From Paraspadella gotoi (taxonomy: Eukaryota; Animalia; Chaetognatha), in contig CM119263.1 of the NCBI GenBank assembly GCA_051294375.1, positions 24,429,177 through 24,493,176 on the forward strand: a stretch of 64,000 bases of DNA, given 5' to 3'. Position numbers and translations under genes: made by a program. Shown here in pieces: positions 34,850 through 47,508 of this stretch (position 1 is its first letter; every line of letters starts with the position of its first letter). Below the pieces are notes generated by a model that worked only from the letters and a program-made list of their open reading frames with translations, did no database searches and was not told where the DNA came from.

Positions 34850-36391
34850 ATGAGGTATAACTTTGCTATAAATTTGAAAAAATTGTTAAAATGACTACAA
34901 AGGATATTTTATAAGTACTTAAAAGTTAATAGTAATTATTAGTTAAATAATCTAGTGTAGAAGACGAAAATAGTAAGTCGCCTCACTAGGTCTTTTTCTT
35001 ATGTTCAAATTGTCATTTCATTAAACGAATTTTAATAAAATATATTCTCATCTTCAACGTATAGTATTCGTGTTAGTATAGTGATTCATAAATCGTACGT
35101 ATATCGTTATCAGACGCCGCCGTGGGTACGACAGCCCCACAGAGGCAGATATGGATACGATCCGACTTGGTTCCAAAAACGCCAATTCGTGTACAAAAGC
35201 CAAATGCAAAGCCGCCTTCCGTACATCGTGGTGACTTTGGCTGTCATCAAAGTCATGTGCTTTATTTACTTGGGGAAGGTCAACTATTCGAATAGGTACG
35301 AGCTCTATAGGAGTATGTTTTTCGAGAATAAAATAACTATTTTGGTTTCTACAAGATGTTTGTAGAAGTTTGTATGTACGAAGTTATTAACCGTATAGTA
35401 AAAGCTAATCTTACGTATATCGCCAGACCCTTGGACGTCGACGTGTCGTGGCTGAGAAATCTAAACAGACGCGCCATGTTTTGGCGTTATCAAGAGGAAC
35501 GGGACCGATTTCGTCCCCTTGCCGCCGCCGCAGCCTCGTCGAGGAGAAACTCCCGCCCTCTCTCTGGCGGACCGCGAAGGAGAGAGGGCTGTCTAACGGA
35601 AGTAAGAACGCCGCCGCAAGACGACGGTAACTCGGCGGGAACAGCCGCTTCCGAGGGGCGCGTTGGCTGCCGACCTCGAACCACTTCCGCCGACGACTCT
35701 GCCATCGAATCGGCTCAGGATCGGCGGAGACGGCGGCGTCGGGAGCGGCGACGCCGGCATACTTCGCTAACCGATTGTCCTCGTTCGTCGTCTTCGCCAC
35801 GTGGGCGACGTGTGGATCGAGATTCACGCGATCTGCCTTCATACAGTGAGGCCGTATTAGTGCTGGGATGCAAGACTGAGACGTCGTGGGAGGGGCTCCC
35901 GCCGCCGCCGCCTTATCAGGAAGCTGTTCGAGTCGCCGACGCCGCCGCAGGAGAAAATGGGGAGAGGAATAGGTCAGCGGATTTTAAAATAATTAAAAAA
36001 TATACGTATATCAATTTTCCAATTATTCATAGTAGATTTGGAGAATTGTAAAATCAACTTAGCCAAACATAAAAGTAATTATCAACGTAATCTTAACATT
36101 ATAATTATTCCTTATTTTACTTGACAAATTCCATTTAGATGCCAATCCGTGACTTACCCGGCTTCCCGCCTCTCACCATCACCTTCTCCTCCTTTGCACT
36201 CTCCGCCGCCTCATTCTCCCACTTCGCCACTCCCATTCGCTGAATCGCCCGCGACAGCCGAACATCCCCCGCCATCCTATGCAGCCGACAACGACGAGCT
36301 CGACGACACTATGAACACCGTCGTCGTCGTCGTTACTCCACAGCTTCCAACTTACGAAGAAGCGACAGCTCCCAACCACATAGAGATTTGA
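34850..36391 (+). CDS. Single-pass membrane protein with four PY motifs (WBP1/VOPP1/PMEPA1-like architecture, candidate NEDD4-family adaptor), ~344 aa
   Basis: Exons 34850-34854, 35065-35295, 35427-35972, 36139-36391, all joined in phase 2. Hydrophobic segment LPYIVVTLAVIKVMCFIYLG is followed by LPSY, PPPY, PPSY and LPTY. The first exon is tentative. Confidence 0.75.
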
Positions 36392-37090
36392 CGAGCTCGC
36401 TTCATTTGACAAATCAATTTTTTTGAACGAATTTTTTCAATTTTTTTGTAACGCGTTCTTAAGTGTCATGTAGCAACTATATACTATGTAACAACTACTA
36501 CGAATCCACAGATTATAAGGCGGAGGATAATTTAAAAAAAAAATTTATAGTAACCAATAGTTCGTTAGTCCTGTATGATCACCTTTTCCTCCTTTCTCAA
36601 GTCATAATTGGTATTCAAAATGAAATTGATCACCAATCAAGTTTCTAGTCATTGGTGTCTTTTTCAGTAATCACGAAACGTACAAGCGGTGCTAATCGCA
36701 CACCAATTCAATGTGCAAAGTCGGCGTATTTGCTTTATTTCAAAAGCAAAGTTTTTCTTACATTATCTCGATTCTTGTTACGTACAGCTTGCCGCTTTTT
36801 TTAACTATTTATTTACTTAGAGAAAAGACTTGCTACAGCATAACAATTGTCGTGTTTCTGCATTGTTATTTTTAATACAATTGGATTTCGGAAATCGCGT
36901 ATTTTGTATTTAAAAAGAGAGACTAGGAAAAAACTAGTACTACTATTATTTAAAATTCAGCTTGTAATCCTTAACTCGCTTTTATCCTCCCGGCATAAAA
37001 GGGACAAAAAACCCTTCTTTAATTTCGTTCTTTATCACTTTCTTGACTTAATTACTAAGGTTTTAAGTATTTTTTTTTCCTATATATAAA

Positions 37091-38707
37091 ATGTCGGCCG
37101 CTGACGATTTCCAATTAATTAAGGAAGAATTGGAAAGCATCGCATCTGGTAATTCATTTCTACTTGTAAACAATGGATAAATTTTGTCCAACACTTTTTG
37201 ATGAAATCAGTTTACTTCATTATCTCACAGGATTGCGACGTCTATTGAACAGCACTACCTCCCTGAACGGAACGGTTTCTCAATTATCCGTGGTCGACGC
37301 ATCCGTGGGCAAAGTGAAAGTCGCGACCGCGAGAGCGGATCAGTCTGACACCGGCGACTGCAGCGACGGCGGCGGCAGCAGCTGCAGCGTCGTAAGTAGT
37401 GGCAATTGCTGCGGCGGTCGTGGGGAACGTGACGAGGAAAACGTCGAGGGACTTGGCAACGAGGAGTCTTCTTCTATCGATGAAGATAAAAAAGATGTTG
37501 CCGTCGACGAGAGCGCATCCGTCGACGGCGCAAAAGCTGAGGCTCCATTGAAAGAAGAAACGGAACAAATGGAAAAAGGCTCGGATGAAGAAATCAAGGT
37601 GGTAGAGAAAAGTCCCGAAGAAGCCCTGTTCGAAGTCACGATGAATGAGGCGTCCGCTGCGGAAAACTCCGTCGTCTGGGAGAAGGAAGAGGAACGAAGA
37701 CCAGAATTGAAAGAGGCAAAGGATGACGATTCGAATGGAGTTGATGAGTTGAATGAATCAGATGAGGTAAATGGCAACGAAGTAGATGAGATTTTCCCAG
37801 GTGAGTTTGGCGACGAAATTGATGATTTGCAAGAGAAAGAAACTATCGATGAGGGCGTCGATCAGGCTGAAAGCGGTGCCGGTTCAGGCGACCAAGCTGT
37901 CGCAGGGGACAATGTAGCATGCGAAAACAGCGGGGAGACCTCCGTGCAGACGGCCGTACCAGATCGTGGGGACGGTCATGACGAGACTAAAGATGAGATA
38001 GAAGAAAGTGATGAGGAAGAAAAAGTCGAAGAACACGGGAATGGAGATGAAGTGAGTCGGATAGTACACGACGTACAAGAAAATAATGTTCATGCCGATA
38101 ACCTGATAGAGAATGGGAATATTGAGATCTGTTCTCATGAAAGTGGACATGGGAATATTGAAATCTGTTCTCAAGAAACAGAGAATGAGAATATTATACT
38201 TGACGAAGAAGAACTTGAGGAATTCATCCCAAACGTCGACCATTTCCATGAAGATGACGACGGCGAAGTTTTTCAACCAGAAAAGTTTTCAAGAAATGAA
38301 AAAAGAGGAGAAAAAGCGAATGCGGCGCAGTTAATCGACAGCACCGTTATCTCGGTATCCTACTTGCTCTTGGCGATTTACTTTCTTTACTTCTTGTACT
38401 ACTTACTATTCGGATGGAGCGACTCTGTGACGAGGACTCCACCACATTTTGAAGCGGCAATGGAGGTGTGTAAATTGAATATTTGAAAGTAGGCATTTTA
38501 TGCGATTTATTTAACGGTTTAACTCAGGTCTAAAAAAAAAGAGTTCAGTTTATAGCTTGATATTTTAAAAAAATATATGGGAGTACTACTTAAAATATAG
38601 ATCATTAATTTAATATGAAATTGATGTATTATTTTCAGGAGTGGTGGAAGCAAGTTTATGATGATGATTCCGAAGACGATACTGGTCACCTTTTGAAATA
38701 TTTTTGA
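37091..38707 (+). CDS. Highly acidic, probably disordered protein with one C-terminal transmembrane helix, ~453 aa
   Basis: Exons 37091-37148, 37231-38465 and 38639-38707 (phases 1,0). D/E-rich body, TM VISVSYLLLAIYFLYFLYYLLF, tail ending EWWKQVYDDDSEDDTGHLLKYF*; aataaa at 38821. Confidence 0.85.
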
Positions 38708-39036
38708 GCGCTCTTTTGTTTTTCGATTGCGGGTCCCACGAGCAGGAGTGCTATCTAGAGTTTTTGTGACAAAACGTAATGGACAAAATGCCATACTTTT
38801 ATTTTGCGATGCGATTTATAAATAAAGTTATATGTACGTATTATAGTTGGAAAACATTTTTCAATCTTTTAAATGTACGTGTTTGGTTTTTATTAAGATA
38901 CAACTTATTACAATTTTTTCTAATCAGAAATAAAAAAAAACATTTAGAAATAATTCTTAATAACCATACGATACTTTCCTCACTCCCTATGTGAGCCATT
39001 TCCCTTTTCTCATTTAAACTTCTAAATTTTCACTCT

Positions 39037-39120
<84 letters not shown>

Positions 39121-40303
39121 CCCACATCCCCCCACCCTGGTTTTGAAACGCGTTTGCCATCAATTCCCATCATGACGCCGGCGCCCGGTTGGTGCTTCGC
39201 GTTGACGTCTTCGTTATGTATCTCGATTTAGACGAATAAACGACGGGGACCCGGAAGCTCATCTGTTTCACTTTAAGGAGGGACCTCACTTTGTCTTACG
39301 CCGAAACGCCAGAGCTCCGTCTTCTTCTCCGCTTTTCTTTTCTTTTCTTTTCTTTTCTTTTTTTTTCTGCTCTTCCTTTTAAGGCTTTAGTTTAAAATCT
39401 TCTTTGGGTTCTCTCCTTCTTTTTTTTTTTTTTGCAAGGGGATTGGCTTTTTTGTAATTTTTTTTTCTTTGCCAGTTTTTGTTTTAGCGTCGCTATAAGT
39501 TGAGCAATCAATCAATCAATCTTTTTACGCATGGTACTCTTTTCTTTCATTCCTTCCTTCACATATCTTTCTTCTTTCTTTTATTTTGGCTCTCTGCTCA
39601 TATTGTGCGTCTCTTCTTTCCGATGGAAATTCATTAAGACCCGAGCGTCGAATATAAAAATCATCGTCGTCGTCATCGTCGTCGACTCTCATCGGTTGAT
39701 CAGTCAAGCAACGGATTGTCCGGATGATTCTCCCGGCGCCGGAATTCTTCCACCGCGCGCCGGGAGCCGCGTCGTCGGGAACTGCGCGTCGGCCATCCGT
39801 CCGGTCTTCTCGGTCAAATTTGGTCCAGCGGGATTCGGCGCCGAAACCCGACGACAGCCCCCGACCGACGCCGTCCGTCGAACTCTCTGGCAGAGGGCGC
39901 CAACGCATCGCCGGGGTTGGTCGACGGGGCCGTAACGGGTAACACGGACGCCAAGCTGGATCGGTGACGCCGAATTGACGGAATCTGGCGACGCGATGCC
40001 GTCAAATTTTTTCGGTCGTCGGAGCGAAACGGGAAAAGCGACGACGAGGATGACAAATATGACGATTGCGGTTCAGCTTCATATGATAGAAGTTAATTAA
40101 AACTAAAAATCTAATAGTTTAATATTAATAAAAGTGTTCACTCTAGCGGTTTTTGTTATCGATGGATGGTCAACGATTGCTTTAGTTTGGAACTAAGCTT
40201 TTAATCCACTTTCTCCGCTCTCCTTTATCTGTCCTCATCTTCTCCCCTACCAAAATCCCTTCCCGCACTTTACGGGTGAACAATTGTCGCGAAGTCGCCT
40301 CAT

Positions 40304-40337
<34 letters not shown>

Positions 40338-41835
40338 CCGACCTCCCGGAGTCCTCGCTCCAGTCGTCGGACCGGAACCGAGTCTTGTCGTCACCCGAAC
40401 TCATCGATCTCTAATCCAGGAGACCAGAAATCGTGACTGTGTCGACGACGATGACAAAGACGACGATGACAACGAAAGCGACTGATGACGGTGACGTTGA
40501 TGGCCGAGTACTTTTCTCATGTTGATGAACGTGAAGTGGATGCGACGGACGACGACGAAGATAAAGACGTTAATGACGACGACGACGACGACGATCGATT
40601 TCGAATGCAGAAGGGATCGGAAGCGGCCATTAGTCGGTAAGGAAGGAGCCGCCGCCGCCGCCGCCGCCGCCGCCAAACGACGCATAATTGAGACGCTCGC
40701 GATCGGACGTTGACTCCGGACGTGGCTGTCGCCTTCATTTGTCGTCGTCGTTATCGTCGTCGTCGATTTCTTTTGGTCAGATTTTTATTGACTCCCCGAT
40801 CCGTCGCCTTTGACGAGCGTTTGATTCCATTTGCGTGGAGAGTGGAGAGAGGGGGGGAGGTGTGGGGCGCGAATTGGTGACGAAGGGTTATTGCAAGCAA
40901 ATCCGATGAAAGGAAAATTGGAGAAAGTTATGACATCATTAATTTCGATTACGGACGGATGGCAGTTCGTCGGCGGCGGCGGAGGAGGTGGCGGCGGCGG
41001 TGACGAATTCGCCAATCGAATATTGAAGCCGCGTTAATCATTGATTCGACGAAAAGAAAATTTGAGAAGAGCGTCCGTTGTCGTTAACTTTGTTCGAAAC
41101 AGTGTTGCATTGTTCGAAACAGTATTGTAATTGTATTGTGTTGCTTCTTATCGTTTTGGCTCCCAATTGAGAATTAGGAGATAGATTAAATTACTAATGA
41201 AAAACCTTCGTTGATGAAAATGTCGACGAACGTTTTTGTCATCATTTTTTTTGTTTATTCGAAACAAAAATCATATGCAATATTGAAACTAAAGTCGGAA
41301 AAGTTAAGTATTCCTAATTTGATTATACCTCGAGCCTTAGAAATATAAAATATTTGTTTCGCTAAACTACTAAACATAACAAACGAGCTTTTCAACCCTC
41401 TTTGCGGCCAAGGGGTCATGACGCAAGACGGACGACGATCGGACTCAATATGAATGGAAGCGTCGTAAGTTGGCCAATGAAAAATGCAAATGACAAATGC
41501 GGATGATGACGATGACTGCGACCTTTTCGATCGGAAGAGACATCAAACATTCACGAGGTTTTTCTCTTGCGAGGACGTTGCGGCTCTTGGTCATTTGATC
41601 AAGCGGGTGGAGAGTGAAAGCCGTTCGATGATTTTGCTGGAAATCTGTTCGTTTTGAGAGAATGTTTAAGTTTATCGATTCTGTGAATTAGGTTTTTAAA
41701 CTCAGCTGTTCTGAAAAAAAAAAAGACAGAAAGAAAGAACAGACTGAAAGGAAATGTGAAAGTAAGAAGGAAAGATAGAAAGAAAGACATAATGATTAGA
41801 AAAACAGAAAAAAAGGTAGGAAGAAATAAACAAGA

Positions 41836-41892
41836 CCCTGACTTTGGACAGGCTTTGGTGTGTTTAAGGCCTCCATCACTCTTTCAAGATAA
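41836..41892. repeat. Short dispersed repeat family, copy 3 (inverted)
   Basis: ccctgactttggacaggctttggtgtgtttaaggcctccatcactctttcaagataa is the reverse complement of copies 1 and 2. Confidence 0.8.
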
Positions 41893-42911
41893 TGAAATTT
41901 CAGATCTCTGCAAGTTTCAATCGAGACTCTCTCTCAGTCTCGTTCATTCACTCCAGAGTACCTGGTTTTCCCTATCAATGAGTGGCATAATATTTAGATA
42001 TTAGCCCAGTTATGAGCATTTTAAAACGTAAGTGGGCAGACAACGTACCGACCGACCGACTAACCAAAATTAACTTAATAAATTGCTTTACGAATACTAC
42101 TAACGGCGCAACTGTAAAGAAAGCAAGAAAGAAATAAAGAAAGAGAAAGAAAAGGAAAAGAAAAGAAGATAAGAAATAAATAGGTTTCATAACTCTCTCC
42201 GCCGAGACGGAAAACTCAATCAGGTTTCACTTTCACCGTCGGGCAACTCAAGTAGGACGATTTCATCATTTTCAATTCCGCGCATCGTTTATGGGTCAAA
42301 ACCGCGACGCGGCGCCATTTTGGTTTATGGCGTTTCGCGACGCGCGACGCGAGATGGCGCTTAGTCTCTTTCAGCTTTGTCAGAGACATGGCGGGTGGTG
42401 GTGGGGTCGAAGGGATATTTCTATCTAGGTGTGGGATGAAGTGTTAAACCGAGCACATACATGTCATAAATGCTTTTTCTTATGATTACTATTTTAATTA
42501 TATATTATTGTTAAAATATTTGATTAAAAGGTTAACAGGAATTTATGGTTCCAAGTGGAACCGGGATTCTTCATTTGCTCCTCTCCACCACGTAGAGGCA
42601 ACGTGGTGGAAAGGAGCAACATGATAGAATTCAATTATTTTTTTTTAGATTAAATTAAAACAGTAAAAAATAAGTAGCGATGATAAGAACACCGAACAAT
42701 TTCCTCTTGACACTAATAACCTTGAACGATACACAGAGCTTATAGTTATACACAGAGTACACATTACAAATTGACTGACATAACGCGCCAACTTTGATCT
42801 TACCAGTTACCACATAAAGTTGGTTTTGATTGAAGATTTCACGAGAGTTTCGACCGCGTACATTCCCAGCTGGAAAAATTGAGTGAATATTGGGGAGAGA
42901 AAAGCTTTCGG

Positions 42912-43016
42912 GATTGACTGAAACTTGGCCTTAGATTGGCTAGAGATTTGCTCCCGATTGGCGTTGGATTGGTCGCGGATTGGCCTCAGATTGGCCGCGG
43001 GGCTCGGGAAGATTGC
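42912..43016. promoter_or_regulatory. 11-bp phased array of GATTGG (reverse CCAAT) cores
   Basis: ATTGG at 42935, 42957, 42968, 42979 and 42990; 1-mismatch variants at 42913, 42924, 42946 and 43012. Regulatory role is inferred only. Confidence 0.45.
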
Positions 43017-44198
43017 TTTCATGCATAACCAATTCTCGACGTTTTGGAGGAAAGAGAAACGAGAGAAAAGAGAGAAAAGAGGAGGAAAGGGAGGAAAGAG
43101 ATAACCCGAGGAAAATGAAACGAGCAAAAACCGCGTCTGGCCCGCGGCGCAGGTGCCGGTGAGGGGGTTGGGGGGGGGTTGAGCCTGGTGGCGGGAATGA
43201 TGGGGGAAGTGTTAGAATGTGGGGAAAGGTTGGAACTGAGGGCGTGGGAGGCTTTCTAAAGACACTTTCAAAATGAAAGGTCGAATTGTCAAATGGTGAT
43301 GAAAGTAGAACTGCAATGCGAGATAAGGCTGAGTACAGATGAAGTGGGGGCCGAAAATTAAATCACGGAGTCAATTTTGGATTATCTCATTTAATTATTT
43401 TTTTCATAATAATATCGCTCAATAACATCTTTAATAAAAACGCATCAAGAAAGTTGCTGATTCGCGAAACTGAAACAAACGGAAAGGCAGTAAGAAACTT
43501 TTACGCCGGGGGCTTTTCAAATTTCAATCAAATCCAGATGTTTGATTTGTAATTCTTTCGTTTTTTCGCCTCTTTTCTAATTATATATAGACGAAATACA
43601 CGAAACGAATAAATTGACGACCTCAGGATAAAGTTGCTCTTTTGTAGCGACTTTCTTAACTGCGTCCTCTATCGTCTCAAAAAGGAAACTTCGTTTTCTC
43701 GAGATTAACTCCATCGCCTCAAACTCAACCCTTTCCCTTAACCCTCCCCTTAAGTCGTCGTTTCCCTCTTTCCGAGTCAGAAAAATCTCTTTACCCTATT
43801 TTTTCATCTTCGTCTTTGTTCTTCTCCCCGGAACATCGTCGTCGTCGTCGTCGTCGTTTTGGTCGTTCCCCTTTTTTCCTCTAAGCGATTTTTGATGATC
43901 TTTTCTTTTCTTCTGTTCGCTTTTCCTTTTTTCCTCGATAACTTTTTTTATTGCCGGATATTATTATTTTCATTTCTCGGTTCGCGGCTTCTCGAAAGGC
44001 CATCGCCGCCGATGCCCGGCCGATGCCGCCGATGCCGCCGATGCCGCCGATGCCGCCGCCCCCTTTGTCGAGAGTTTCAGATCTTTATTTCGCGCTTTAT
44101 CCATTTTTAATCGTCACCGAAGCCGTTTCGCGATATTTATCTATTTTCTCATCTCTATCTCTCTCTCTCTCTCTCACCTCTCTCCTCTCTCTCTCTCT

Positions 44199-44258
<60 letters not shown>

Positions 44259-44894
44259 AATCCTTCACGCAACTTTGATCGATCTGACTTTGTCCTCGTC
44301 ACGAGTTTCGGTCATTTTCTTATCGACTCTTATGGATCATCTCTTCATCTTTAAAGACGCTTNNNNNNNNNNCGCTTCGTGGATGGCGCCTCCGAGGCTC
44401 TTTTCCAAAGCTGCTTCTTCTGATAGTTTCTTCCCAATCTCATGCACATAGTTGCACAACGTCGCGTTAATTTGGTATTCCCTCTACAATATTTTGTCTA
44501 CATATTTTGTTCAAATTGCTACACTGTACTAGTGCTACCAACCAATTGTTGATAATGGAATTTTGTTTTCCTTGCAACCGTTTGTCATTCCGTCGGCCAT
44601 TGCCATTTGGCCCTTGAAGTTTAAGGGGAACGTTTCAAACTAAAGTATTCGTTTTTATTAATTGGCGATCAGATAAATACGTAGGACGCTCTAATAATAT
44701 GTAGGTAGTTTTTTCAAACGATGATCAAGCAAAAAAATTTGTGATCGTTGACCAAATATCGCGTTAATGGACCACTAACGAGAGCTAGCGATTTCAAAAT
44801 GGCCGCGCCCATGGGAACCCCGATCGCCCTCTCTCGGGTCGACGACCAACTTCGATTTTATCGACAAGGAAAGAGAGAAAAGAATGAGAGAGAG

Positions 44895-44946
<52 letters not shown>

Positions 44947-45210
44947 GAGAGAAGAGAGAGAGAGAGGTCCAATATTGGGTCGTGAATGGGAGAGGGTGAG
45001 GTCTGAGAAGGTAGTAAAGAAAGAAGACGAGGTAGACGAATAACTTTGGGAGGCCAAATTTAGTGATCTTTGGGATGTTGCCTATTGGATACAAAACTTT
45101 TGTTCATTTCCCAATTATAACACAGCATAGCGATATAACGTTAAAGGCGAAAAGGATTCCTCTTCGGAGATAGCGCCGACCAGAAAAGCGATAGGCGTTA
45201 ATCTAGAATA

Positions 45211-45289
45211 TCATTGGCGGAGAGATAAGGTTCTCATTGGCGGAGAGATAAGGTTCTCATTGGCGGAGAGATAAGGTTCTCATTGGCGG
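45211..45289. repeat. Perfect 23-bp tandem repeat x3.4 (tcattggcggagagataaggttc)
   Basis: Identical units at 45211, 45234 and 45257, plus a partial unit at 45280. Confidence 0.95.
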
Positions 45290-45681
45290 CGCCGTTTATG
45301 CATTTACGATGATGTCGTTATCTTCGTCACGAGAGTGACGTATCGGACTTGACGTGGGCGGAGGAGAAGGCGGTGGCGGGGGGTGGCGGTGGCCGTGACA
45401 TCGAGGGCGTTGCCATGGGAGACGGATGGGATTCATGGGTGCCCTACAGAAATGAACCCTTTGACCTCGGGCATAGTAGCGTCGATGCGAGAAGTCGTAA
45501 AATTAATTGCGAAAGGATTGTTTTGAAACGGATGCTTAACACTTGCCCCTGGAATGTTAACTTAACATGTTAAGGCACGAGGAACCCTGAGATCGTCTTG
45601 TTATTGGGAAGGAAGTTTTCATGCGCGATTCATTGAGAGATATCGCTTGATTAAATAATTTCCGAAAGGAGAGAGAGAGAG

Positions 45682-45875
45682 NNNNNNNNNNNNNNNNNNN
45701 NNNNNNNNNNNNNNNNNNNNNNNNNNNNNNNNNNNNNNNNNNNNNNNNNNNNNNNNNNNNNNNNNNNNNNNNNNNNNNNNNNNNNNNNNNNNNNNNNNNN
45801 NNNNNNNNNNNNNNNNNNNNNNNNNNNNNNNNNNNNNNNNNNNNNNNNNNNNNNNNNNNNNNNNNNNNNNNNNNN
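45682..45875. other. Assembly gap (others at 11417-11431, 44363-44372, 51175-51199, 56939-56963)
   Basis: Runs of n, several abutting (GA)n tracts. Confidence 0.99.
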
Positions 45876-46241
45876 GAGAGAGAGAGAGAGAGAGAGAGAG
45901 AAAGGCTAGCTTTTATAACCGAAGGGCAATCGAATTCTTACACCATAGAGCAACATCCTTTTCATGATTATGGATGAATTCCAGGAACGTACATTACCTG
46001 AGATTTACAATGGGGCTTGTACAAAATGTTATGAAATAATTATGATGAACCAACGATAGAACAATAAAGAAAGCAAAAAAAATTGGCAATTGAATGGATG
46101 GAAGCTGCGAGCTGAATTTTTTAACTGATTTTTAATTCAGAAAAAAAGGGATAAAAGAGGAAATTGAGAGTCGAAAAATTGGAACGATTTCTCCCGCCAT
46201 GAAATTAATTAATCGAGAGCTAAAAGTTTTCTCTCTTTGGC

Positions 46242-46314
<73 letters not shown>

Positions 46315-47471
46315 ATGAATTTGCCGGTCCGACGTGGTTTGAATTTCCGACGGGCGTTAACGGCTTTGGGACCCAAAAAAAAAAAGTATTTGTTTAATCC
46401 ACGGTGTTGATTGTGTACGAGGCAAGGCTTTGACCAAGATCTCAGAGAGCAATTTAATTCATACTATTAAAACTCAAAATAGAAACATATTAATATATTA
46501 ATTAGAATTATATCATTCTTTATCGTATCGTGCAATAAGTCAAAATAATTTTCAAAAATAGGATTCACGATCCTCGCTATCTTTTTTCATTGGCTTCGTC
46601 TCCCCAAACTCATTTTCCCTTTCATTTTCGTTTGTTTGTCGAACCTTTTAACTTCTCAAAACTCCTTCACTTAATCGAGGATCAAAGTCTTCTTTACATC
46701 TCCACCCCCCCCTCTTCGCTCCCTCCCTTTCTCCCCGGTGCTTCCACTAAATCAACAAGCATCTGATTCGGGTTTTAATTTTTTTTTTTTATTCTAAATT
46801 CGCGATTTTCGGTGAACTCTTTCACAATCGAAGCCTTTTTCACAATCTTCCTCACTGTTCACTCCCTTTTTCTCTCTCTCTCTATTTTGATTGCGGTGGA
46901 AAAAGAAAAAAAAAGGAGGAAGAAGATACGAATTTCCGTCCGACAGACCGACCGACCGACACCCCGCGGGGGTGGAAGTGGAAAAGAGAGAGAGGGGAGA
47001 GGGGGTGTGGAAAAAAGAGCGTGGATGGGGGGTGGATGTGGAAAGAGAGAGAAGGGAGAGAATATGAATCGATCAAGGCTGGAATTGGAAGAAAGGGAAG
47101 AAGAGCTGGAAAGGGGAAAAATAAGAAGGCGTGATAAAAGAGAAAATGATAGGGAGGGAGTGGAAAGATGGGGCAAGGAGAGAATGACGTTTAGAAGAAA
47201 AAAAGGCGTTTAGAAACGAAGAAGAATGAAATTGATTTTTGGTCCAATCGAAAAAGGGCCAGAAAATACAACGACGACAACAACAACAACAACAAAAAAA
47301 CAACAGACACAACGGTAAAGAACGTCAGAAAACGTCAAAGCGTCCGCGCCCATATCGGCCGAAAAAATCGTCTCGACGAATAAGACGGAAACTGTTCATT
47401 TGGGGGTGGCTCGAGAAAGAGAATCTTCTCTCTCTCTCTCTCTCTCTTGTCTCTCTCTCTCTCTCTCCGTC

Positions 47472-47508
<37 letters not shown>

